Part shown: positions 23,801 through 35,800 of the stretch, piece by piece
How positions within the stretch are numbered: the stretch's first letter is position 1
Layout of the letters: every line of letters begins with the position of its first letter
Assembly: GCA_903813345.2 (NCBI GenBank)
Contig: CAIIXF020000001.1
Coordinates: 47,306,001 to 47,370,000, forward strand
Reading direction: 5' to 3'
Source: Owenia fusiformis
Lineage: Eukaryota
DNA length: 64,000 bases
Notes under the pieces: generated by a model
Seen by the model: the letters and a program-made list of their open reading frames with translations, nothing else
What the model was told of the DNA's origin: nothing
Databases searched by the model: none
Position numbers and translations under genes: made by a program

Positions 23801-26800
23801 AGGTATTTGTAGTCTTCTACACATGCAATCACTTCATCATTGAATTTAAAAGTTTCATCTGATTTAGAGTTAAAAATAATAGCCTTTGTTTTAACTGTGT
23901 TGACAATAAGATGATAGTTTCTGCAAAAATCAAAGAGAGAGTCTAGCATAGATTGCGCCCCAGATTTAGAGCTAGCCATTAATACTAAGTCATCAGCCCA
24001 AAGTAGATGGTTTAAAGAAACACCTTCAAACTCGACACCATGTTCTGAGGGAAGAAAATCTTTCAAGTCATCTAAAAAATGGTTGAAAAGATATGTACTG
24101 AGAACATACCCTTTGTAAAAATGGGTCATGAACCTCAGATTATATGTGTGATGCCTTATCGATATCAACACGCAGGTATTGCCAACAAAATGGATCCATC
24201 GGAGCAAAGGGTCATGGGAAATGTACGTCAAATTGGGTGTCCCACAAAATGTACACACACGAATTGGGAAAAACTTTTTTTATCGAAACAGCTGAACATT
24301 TCAGAAGATGAAGAAAATTCATTAGCAATTTCAATTCGCAATTAGAAAATTAATTTGTAATTACTGTAAAGTTAACATTTTCATATACCATCATGATCGA
24401 TGTAGAGCTGGGACACCCTGTACACAGCGTATTTTGCATATGAGGCCTGTTTATACTCGCAGGTGTAAAACAATACTAGTGCAATAAAAGCTGTGTAAGT
24501 AGAGCAAATTTGGTACCCCTTAAAGTGTTTCACTCAAAAGGTGTTCCACTTGCAGAGATTAACATTGGATTAGTGGATTTAGTTGAACAAGTGTTCAATT
24601 TCAAGAGGTGTTCCCCTTACACATGAGCTGTTTTTACTGTATACATATTACATATTCCCATTAATTCAATTTGTGTCTGATCATATATAATATTTAAGAT
24701 GCTATATGAGTTTTTATCAATCATTTTTACCCTCTCCCCTGTTTCTAGCGTCTCAGGGTCGATCCTTCGAAGGATTCTCGAGTCAGTGGATACATACACA
24801 CCATCTCCAAGATTTGTGATCGAGACCGGATTGTTATCCGAAGGAGTTGGACGAGTGAAATACGAAGCAAACCTTTAACAAAATAAACAAATAAAAATCG
24901 TTTTATTGTTCTTACCACCTGCCATATTGTTAAATAGACAAGCAGGATTATTAGAAATTACTGTTTCTAGTTTCACCTTATTATTCTTGTATGATAAATC
25001 GTCGCGTGAGAATAACTTTGTACTAACTGCCATTTTCAAAAAAATTGAGATAGACATGGAATTTTACTATTTGAAACACAGGCTTTCATCTCAGATACAT
25101 GCCCCATCTCAATTCCTTCTCATTAAGCTAGAATTCAGTGTGAAATTGTACCATCTCCAGACAAACAGCTTATTTCTAATTTCAAATTGTCATATCTGAT
25201 ATCAACTGTTTCAAACAATCAACTCTCTAAGAATTGGTCATGTGACTTGCAAAACTTGGAGTTATAACAATCTTATATTAAAACGAAGTATGCCAATATA
25301 CATGTTATTGTATCTAGAATGAAATAATGTTTTGTAACACAATACCATGCCAGTTTGCATGCCTGGCCTTTCATGTTTTAGTTTTAGAACTATTACAAGT
25401 AGATCAAAAAAATAAAATGATACAGTATGTGTAATCCCATGTATATTCAAATTATATGCCCTCAATTACTCTTTGTATTATGGATGCTCATTGGATTATT
25501 CATGGCCACATGATATGAAATAGAATTACTAATTTCCTCGAAAACCCAAATCCTTGCTACCAGGGAAGATGAAAAGTACAAATGACCAGTTAATTAGATC
25601 ATGTGAGCAGTCAAAAGTACCCTTTATCTTCCCTGCTACCAGGTCTTATAGGGGTTTGAATGGCCAAATGCAATAGAAATGCATATACGAAGCTGTCATC
25701 ATTAGATGTTGAAACTGAAAGACTACTTATTTGTTTCTTCAAATAGAGTACATTTAGGTTATATACTAGATATAGTAATCAAAACAAATAGTAACTGTCA
25801 TATTTTGCACTACATTGCTCAAAGGCAATTACTGTCTGTATACTATTGAAATCTCTTTCAAAATGATGTTTTATAGTTTGTGGAAAAAAGCTAAATCTAT
25901 TTAAACTAGCTTTAACTTTTACTGACCATACACTATATCAATAAGGAGTTATCTTTATGTTAGTATAGTCCCTTAAAACACTTATTTTATTTTATTTTCA
26001 TCTATGATTTACTTTGGGCTTTTCACTGAACATCTGGGATCTTTTTAGTTATTTTATTTCTAGTATGTTTTTCAGATTTGTCCTTTCTTTTGCATTTTTG
26101 GGATCATTGTTTTTAGATCATCTACATTTTATTTTGGATAAGTAACAAATTGGTTCAATTTCTTTACAAAGAGCCACTCTAAGTCTCCACTTCTACAATT
26201 GCTTCAATTCCCAATTGTACTCCACAGAGTAGCAAACAACAGAAAATGAATGGATAATGATAGCTGCATCCCAATGAACAAAATGTGATTACCTAAATCG
26301 AGGTTTCATCACTTTCATTAATCTAAAATGAATTAGAAATTATTTTTCTATTTTCAAATTTCTTCCATGTGCATGTAATAAAAATTGGTTTTGTCTTAGG
26401 CCCTAAGGATCTGAAACCTGCTGGTCAAAATGGAATTACGGACCAGTTGCAATGTTATTCTCCTATACCCAGTGAAAAAATCAACTGGTCTGTATCAAAA
26501 ATAACCTGATAATGACCAGCGGACCGACCCTTAGGGGATACATTGTAATGTGCTGGGAGGTTTAGGCTACAGGGTTTATACTGAGGGAAATATGTGGGGG
26601 ACCGTACTGGCATCATTGGTTTCAATGCATTGTATTTCTGCCTTAGTTTCAAAGGCAATAAATTCTTTTTGAAGGGTGTCCTGAGATTCCAAAATTAAGA
26701 AATAATTGTACCTATTTGAGAAATTGATTTTAAAGTTTTATAAATTGAATTTTCTTTATTTTATTAAATAATATTCTTTGGTTTTTGAAGATTTTTCATT

Positions 26801-29800
26801 CTAGATACAATAACATGCATATTGGCATACTTCGTTTTAATCTAAGATTGTTATAACTCCAAGTTTTGCAAGTCACATGACCAATTCTTAGAGAGTTGAT
26901 TGGTTGAAACAGTTGATATCAGATATGACAATTTGAAATTAGAAATAAGCTGTTATTCCGGTGGGAAATTGTATCAACTCCATTTCCATAGTTTTAAAAA
27001 AGGATCTTGTAAATTGTTTCAAGGTATGATATTTCATATAAGATATCTCTAGGGTGAGACCAGGTGACATACAAAAAATCAAGTTTCACATAGCAATACT
27101 AAGTAAGATACAGACCTCTAAACTTTCAACCCTTGATTTCTCAGTTCCGTAAAAATGTGACATAGTACAAAGTTATTCTCATGCGACGAAATATCACTTT
27201 TTATCCGATAGCCATAGCCATGGACATTCACATTTACTTCACCATCACCTTGCTCAAACTGCGTGTGAGATGTGTGCTATGTCGAGTGTCCAGAAAATGG
27301 AGAAAGAGTCGAAGGCAAATATACAAAGCCGGCTTTCAAAGCCGGCTTTTAAAGCCGGCTTCTACAGTACATCAGAAGCCGGCTTCTGGCGTCATCAAGA
27401 AGCCGGCTTTTAAAAGCCGGCTTCGAATGACTTACAGAAGCCGGCTTCTGCTGTTACCAAGAAGCCAGTTTTAAAAGCCAGATTCTCTCTCAATCATTTT
27501 GTTGTGCAATATGCATCTTATTCTAGTATAATTAGCATGGAAATGAGAAAAAAAATGAAAATAAGTAAAATTGTAACATATTGCAAGATTTTTTGCAAAA
27601 AGTAATTTCAAACCAAAACTATGGGGGAAATTTAATTCTAAGTAAAAATATCGATGAATTAAATCATGTTCGTTAAATAAGAGTAGATTATGCATTGCAT
27701 TTCTGTTTGATAAAAACGCATCGCTCATTTTACAAAACTGGCTCCAACTTGGAGCCAGTTTCAAATCAGCTCGCTTCATCTTACACAAGCTATGTAGGGG
27801 CAATCTAGCAACTGGGAATCACGGGATACTGTTTCATGATAATTGTTATGTGCATAATGCATCTTATTCTCGTATAATTTGCATGAAAATGAGATAAAAC
27901 TGAAAAATACGTATAATTATTACATATTTCAAGATATTTTGGAAAAGGTCATTTCAAGCCAAAACTATGACAGTAAATTGAATTGTAAGCACAGATATCG
28001 ATGAATAAGATCACATTCATTAAATCAGAATAGATTATGCATTGCATTTCCGTTTAATAAAAACGCACCGCGGGATACTGTCTCACGATCATTTCTATGG
28101 GCATTATGTATTTTATTCTCCTATAATTTGCATGAAAATGAGAAAAAACTGAAAAATACGTAAAATTGTTACTTATTTCAAGTATCCCGTGATTCAAAGT
28201 TGCTAGATTGTCCCTACATAGCTTGTGTAAGATGGAGCGAGCTGATTTGTAAACTGGCTCCAAGTTGGGGCCAGTTTTGAAAAATGAGCGGTGCATTTTT
28301 ATAAAACGGAAATGCAATGCATAATCTGTTCTGATTTAGTGAACATGATCTAATTCATCAATATTTTTACTCAGACTTCAAATTTCTCTTATAGTTTTGG
28401 CTTGAAAAGACTTTTTCCAAAAAATCTTGAAATATGTAATAATTTTACGTATTTTTCAGTTTTTTCTCATTTTCATGCAAATTATACGAGAATAAGATGC
28501 ATAATGCACATAGAAATGATCGTAAGACAGTATCCCGTGATTCCCAGTTGCTAGATTGTCCCTACATAGCTTGTGTAAGATGAAGCGAGCTGATTTGTAA
28601 ACTGGCTCCAAGTTGGAGCCAGTTTTAAAAAATGAGCGGTGCGTTTTTATTTAACGGAAATGCAATGCATAATCTGTTCTGATTTAGTGAACGTGATCTA
28701 ATTCATCGATATTTTTACTTAGAAATGAATTTTCTCTCATAGTTTTGGCTTGAAATGACTTTTCGCAAAAAATCTTGAAATAAGTAACAATTTTACGTAT
28801 TTTTCAGTTTTTTCTCATTTTCATGCAAATTATACGAGAATAAAATGCATAGTGCACATAGACATGATCGTGAGACAGTATCCCGTCATTCCCAGTTGCT
28901 AGATTGTCCCTATATAGCTTGTGTAAGATGGAGCGAGCTGATTTGTAAACTGGCTTCAAGTTGGAGCCAGTTTTGAAAAATGAGCGGCGCGTTTTTATTT
29001 AACAAAAATGCAATGCATAATCTGTTGTGATTTTGTGAACGTGATCTAATTCATCGATATTTTTACTTAGAAATGAATTTACTGTCATAGTTTTGGCTTG
29101 AAATGACTTTTTCCAAAAAATCTTGAAATATGTAATAATTTTACGTATTTTTCAGTTTTATCTCATTTTCATGCAAATTATACGAGAATAAGATGCATAA
29201 TGCACAAAGAAATGATCGTGAGACAGTATCCCTTGATTCCAAGTTGCTAGATTGTCCCTACATAGCTTGTGTAAGATGGAGGGAGCTGATTTGTAAACTG
29301 GCTCCAAGTACAGTTGGAGCCAGTTTTGAAAAATGAGCGGTGCGTTTTTATTAAACGGAAATGCAATGCATAATCTATTCTGATTTAGTGAACTTGATCT
29401 AATTCATCGATATTTTTACTTAGAAATGAATTTTCTCTCATAGTTTTGGCTTGAAATGACTTTTTGCAAAAAATCTTGAATTAAATAACAATTTTACGTA
29501 TTTTCTCATTTTCATGCACATTATACGAGAATAAGATGCATAATGCACATAGAAATGATCGTGAGACAGAATCCCGTGATTCCCAGTTGCTAGATTTTCC
29601 CTACATAGCTTGTGTAAGATGGAGCGAGCTGATTTGTGAACTGGCTCCAAGTTGGAGCCAGTTTTAAAAAATGAGCGGTGCGTTTTTATTTAACAAAAAT
29701 GCAATGCATAATCTGTTCTGATTTAGTGAACGTGATCTAATTCATCGATATTTTTACTTAGAAATGAATTTTCTCTCATAGTTTTGGCTTGAAATGACTT

Positions 29801-32800
29801 TTCGCAAAAAATCTTGAAATAAGTAACAATTTTACGTATTTTTCAGTTTTTTCTCATTTTCATGCATATTATACGAGAATAAAATGCATAGTGCACATAG
29901 ACATGATCGTGAGACAGTATCCCGTGATTCCCAGTTGCTAGATTGTCCCTATATAGCTTGTGTAAGATGGAGCGAGCTGATTTGTAAACTGGCTCCAAGT
30001 TGGAGCCAGTTTTGAAAAATGAGCGGCGCGTTTTTATTTAACAAAAATGCAATGCATAATCTGTTGTGATTTTGTGAACGTGATCTAATTCATCGATATT
30101 TTTACTTGGAAATGAATTTACTGTCATAGTTTTGGCTTGAAATGACTTTTTCCAAAAAATCTTGAAATATGTAATAATTTTACGTATTTTTCAGTTTTAT
30201 CTCATTTTCATGCAAATTATACGAGAATAAGATGCATAATGCACAAAGAAATGATCGTGAGACAGTATCCCTTGATTCCAAGTTGCTAGATTGTCCCTAC
30301 ATAGCTTGTGTAAGATGGAGCGAGCTGATTTGTAAACTGGCTCCAAGTACAGTTGGAGCCAGTTTTGAAAAATGAGCGGTGGGTTTTTATTAAACGGAAA
30401 TGCAATGCATAATCTATTCTGATTTAGTGAACTTGATCTAATTCATCGATATTTTTACTTAGAAATGGATTTTCTCTCATAGTTTTGGCTTGAAATGACT
30501 TTTTGCAAAAAATCTTGAAATATGTTACAATTTTACGTATTTTTCAGTTTTTTCTCATTTTCATGCAAATTATACGAGAATAAGATGTATAATGCACATA
30601 GAAATGATCGTGAGACAGTATCCCGTGATTCAAAGTTGCTAGATTGTCCCTACATAGCTTGTGTAAGATGGAGCGAGCTGATTTGTAAACTGGCTCCAAG
30701 TTGGAGCCAGTTTTGAAAAATGAGCGGTGCGTTTTTATTAAACGGAAATGCAATGCATAATCTATTCTGATTTAGTGAACGTGAGCTAATTCATCGATAT
30801 TTTTACTTAGAAATGAATTTTCTCTCATAGTTTTGGCTTGAAATGACTTTTTGCAAAAAATCTTGAAATAAGTAACAATTTAACGTATTTTTCAGTTTTT
30901 TTTATTTTCAAACAATTATACGAGAATAAGATGCATAATTCACATAAAAATAATCGTTAGACAGTATCCCATGGTTCCCAGTTGCTAGATTGCCTATATA
31001 TAGCTTGTGTAAGATGGAGCGAGCTGATTTGTAAACTGGCTCCAAGTTGGAGCAAGTTTTGAAAAATGAGCGGTGCATTTTTATTTAACGGAAATGCAAT
31101 GCATAATCTGTTCTGATTTAGTGAACGTGATCTAATTCATCGATATTTTTACTTAGAAATAAATTTTCTCTCATAGTTTTGGCTTGAAATGACTTTTTGC
31201 AAAAAATCTTGAAATAAGTTACAATTTTACGTATTTTTCAGTTTTTTCTCATTTTCATGCAAATTATACGAGAATAAGATGCATAATGCACATAGAAATG
31301 ATCGTGAGACAGTATCCCGTGATTCCCAGTTGCTAGATTGTCCCTACATAGCTTGTGTACGATGGAGCGAGCTGATTTGTAAACTGGCTCCAAGTTGGAG
31401 CCAGTTTTGAAAAATGAGCGGTGCATTTTTATAAAACGGAAATGCAATGCATAATCTATTCTGATTTAGTGAACATGATCTAATTCATCGATATTTTTAC
31501 TTAGACTTCAATTTTCTCTTATAGTTTTGACTTGAAATGACTTTTTGCAAAAAATCTTGAATTATGTTATAATTTTACATATTTTTCAGTTTTTCCTTAT
31601 TTTCATGCAGATTATACGAGAATAAGATGCATAATCCACATCAAAATGATCGGGAGACAGTATCTCGTGATTCCCAGTGGCTAGATTGTCCGTTAATAGC
31701 TTGTGTTTAATGGTGCGAGCTGATTTGAAAACTGGCTCCAAATTGGAGCCAGTTTTGAAAAATGAGCGGTGCGTTTTTATTAAACAGAAATACAATGCAT
31801 AATATTTTGGGAATTGATGAACGTGATCAAATTCATCGATATCCATGCTTAGAATTCAATTTACCCGTATAGTTTTGCAAAAATATGACAATATAAACTA
31901 TATTCAAAAGCCATCTTCCGCAGTACGTCAGTAAGTAAGAAGCCAGTTTTAAAAGCCGGCTTCTTGGTGATTCCAGAAGCCGGCTTCTGTTGTCCTTCAG
32001 AAGCCGGTTTTTAAAAGCCGGCTTTTTGTTGACTGTAGAAGCCGGCTTCTGTAGTACGTAAGAAGCCAGTTTGTAAAAGCCAGCTTCTTGGTGACTCCAG
32101 AAGCCGGCTTCTATTGTCCTTCATAAGCCGGATTTTAAAAGCCGGCTTCTTGGTGACTCCAGAAGCCGGCTTCTGTAGTACGTAAGAAGCCAGTTTGTAA
32201 AAGCGGGTTTTGCCTTCGAGTACTTCTGAGAAAATGAGCCGCTTTTGACAAGTATTTTCTCAACAATGGATGGCTCGAATCCATTGAAAAATTCTTTAAA
32301 GTAGCCTAAGAGTATCATTAGTATGTGATACAAATATGTAAACGACCAGTCACATTATTTGAGACATCTGGACCACTATGAACTAGTGTACAAAAGATTT
32401 TTCCGGGGTGTAATTTAAGTAATATTTAAAAAACGTCGTGTTAATATTTCATTAAAATTTTTCGTCTAAAAATTAAAATCAGTTTTTCTCAATGCCGCCA
32501 AATTCATAATTTCGAACCACAATTCTTTTAATATAACTGGTAATAGGTAAATGGTAATTCAGTGTTATATGACAAGTGATTTTAGACAGTCATATCGTTC
32601 ACCATGAGTACTTTCTGTCCATAAATACAATGGTTTTTGTTATTTCAAGTGAAGTACCCATGATCATAAAAATATAAATCAAACAATTCGAAAAATTACG
32701 AATAGGGACCCCATGTCAACATTTTTTCAAAATATTGAATCTATTTACTCAAAAGTGGATCTTCTCTTTATTGCATGAAAACATTATTCAACAAGGGGTC

Positions 32801-35800
32801 TAAGACATGTTCAAAAAGCAAGGAAATACACACATGCCTCCATACTTTATTTTGTACCAGCAAAAATCATGTATGTGCAGGTATTGGATTTTTTTCAAAA
32901 ATGTTTTCTTTCCGCCAGTACCTTACAATTCTTTATTCACTCCAGAAATTCTGATTAAGGGTCTCAAGACAAAAATGACAAAACATGAAGTGACAAAACC
33001 ATGCTGGATTTCAAACATTTTTTGAACCAAGATATCATAATAATGAATCATCAGAGTTCTGTTTTGACATCCAGTCAATTATAAAACTAGTTCCATATAT
33101 CATTGACATGACCAGGATCTCAATGTACATGGTCAGAATGACTCTAAAAATGATGAAATCACTTTTCAGCCCTCTGAAAATTTGACTGAAAAATAACTAA
33201 AAGTAGGACTTTGGGAAAGGTCACTTAACAGAATATTTTAATTTTTTAGAAAATGTGTGCAATTATATATATTGCTGTAAATGATACGAGCTTTGTAATT
33301 TTAGAAAGTTGTCTGAAACAAACGTTGCGGTCATAAAAAGGAAAATAGATCGCTTTTCGGTTCTTTTTATTTTTCTAGGAACAAATTTTCAAAGCTTCTG
33401 CCATTTTATTGGGTACATTTTCTGAAAAATTCAAATGATTATGTTCAGTGACCTTTCCTAAGGTCCTACTTTTAGCTATTAGCCCGAACGATTAAGTCTA
33501 TTGTTCGAAATTGTAGTCAGTTTTGAAAAAAAAATATTCATCCGGCCGGGTGCCGCCGATTGATCGGAACAAATGTGACGCAGGTATAAAAGTTAAACCC
33601 ATACCTTTGGAAAATGTTCATACATGGATCTGGCGCAGTAACCGTCCCAAACTCAGTCACAACTATCCGATTTTTCTTTATGGCCTCAGCACGGGAATTG
33701 CTCTCAAGGAACTTGCTGTGATATTTGACCACACCATTGTCGAAATCGAATCGATGTAGCAGTGAATGTCCATCGAACCAATGATTGTATTTGTCTTTGC
33801 CGACTTCAAATTGTCCTGGCCCATTGCGTAGGAGACCGCCTTTTATCCACGTCGGTATAGTACCTAGTAATTATAAGTGATAAAGGAGAACTTGTCATGG
33901 GAAAGAACGAATGGCTTAAGACACCCCCTGAGGTCATTTTTGGAAAAATGCAGTGCCATTAATATCCTTGATATGTAGGGTCAAATTGCAGATAAATAGG
34001 TACATGAAATAGCAGTAAAAAGCATTCAACATTACTTATAATATGTATATTATGTTTGATTCGGGAGGAACGTCACTTCCTGTACAAATGTGCATGGTCA
34101 GAATGACCCTAAACATGATGAAATAACCCTTTTCAGCCCTTTGAAAATTTGACTGAAAAATAGCTAAAAGTAGGAGCTAGTGAAGGTCACTGAACATAAT
34201 CTTTTGAATTTTTCAGAAAATGTGCCCAATTTAATGTTCTTACTGATACAATCTTTGAAATTTTAGAAAATTGTCTGAAACAAAAATGGCGGTCATAAAA
34301 AGGAAAATAGATCGCTTTTCAAATCATTCTTCTAATTTTTTCTTTTTCTACGAATGATATCAAATTTTTAAAGATTCAGAGCAATATATTGGGCACTTTC
34401 TGAAAAATTCAAAAGATTCTGTTCAGTGACCTTTCCTTGCTCCTACTTTTAGCTATTTTTAGCCACTTTTTCATAGGGTTGAAAAGGTTATTTCATCATG
34501 TTTAGGGTCATTCAAAACATTTTTCTGTTTTTTGATAAACTTGCAAAGTATGTATATGGTTATAGCTACCATATTACGAGAGAGATGGTCTGGCAAGGAA
34601 TACTCCTTTAAAACAACCAAAATATCCTTTGTATAACTATACTATTGAGAGGTATAAGAATGAATAAGCGCACGGAGCACACCGCGTCTCGAACTCGCAA
34701 CCTCGTGGTTACGGCGCCCAATCGCCTAGCCTGAACGTGCCTGGCACCTAAGCCCTCTCGGCCAACTCGACAACCCCCCCCCCAAAAAGTTGTTTTATTA
34801 GTCGATCTGACTAGGGGCAGCTGATGTTAACGCTCAAATACATTCCATACCCTTTCCATTAGCCACCCTTTCCATTTGGCATTTGTGCTTATATATTCCT
34901 ACACATACACACGTTGCTCAACTGTCCTTAAGAGCCCAGAGCGGGTTAATACCTCTGCAACTGAAAGCTCAGACAGTGGTCATAAATGAATAAACGCACG
35001 GAGCACACCGCGTCTCGAACTCGCAACCTCGTGGTTACGGCGCCCAATCGCCTACCCTGAACGTGTTGTATATGCTATTTTGTTCCAACGAGCTTCGAAA
35101 AGATATTTTATTTCATTCTCAAGAATTGGTAGAGAGGAACAAAAAACATTTGCACTATAAAACAAAAAATGTTAACAAAAACAGTTCAATAAAATATGTA
35201 AACATTATTTTTGCATTAAATTGTTGTCAATCAGTCAACATTACATAAAGGACCGTGTTTCTTTACAGAATATTTTCAATAACTGATGTAAGAGGAAAAC
35301 ATTGTTGAATTCAGTTCACCATATCGATACAAATCCTTTGAGGACTTCATCATTTTCACTGAAGACGATGTACGTAAATTCACTTTTGGTGTTTATCAAG
35401 TCAACCAATCTAAAACGGTACACAGGCGAGAATATTCAAGTGGATGGAAAATATACCATCATGGTTATAAGAAACGAATAGGCTCATTAGTGTAAATATT
35501 TAGTCAAGGGTTGTGACCTCAAATCTCACTATATATGGGTTGAGTATAATCCGGATCCAGATGTAAGTAATGGCATTGATCCAATCATTGGATGGTATTT
35601 CCCATGTCCAATTTGGAATAGGTTGTAGGTTCATGTGTACAGATTGCATGTGCTATTTGGTTTCTAGCCCTGGAAGGCATGGGGGGTATAAAAGCAAATG
35701 GAAATGCACAGAGTTTGACATTCTAAATTCAAGAGATACCGTATATCCGACATGCTGCCTCCGAAGAAGATGATGATAGCTCCTAGAGTCTCTTATAATG

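Noticed and set aside
24106..24258. N-terminal 50 aa of the 486-aa ORF
   Set aside because: This part aligns with host intron sequence of paralog B, so it is chance read-through beyond the truncated LINE 5' end.
27471..31846. Recurring 60-110 aa ORFs (MHFRFIKMHRSFFKTG...)
   Set aside because: They are translations of satellite monomers, broken by stops and indels between units.
27309..32219. CRISPR-like appearance of short palindromic repeats with variable spacers
   Set aside because: The spacers are only a few to about 12 nt and recur, there are no cas genes, and the context is a eukaryotic intron.
34675..34775. Functional tRNA gene
   Set aside because: A- and B-box-like motifs are present, but I could not form an acceptor stem or cloverleaf, so it is treated as SINE-like.
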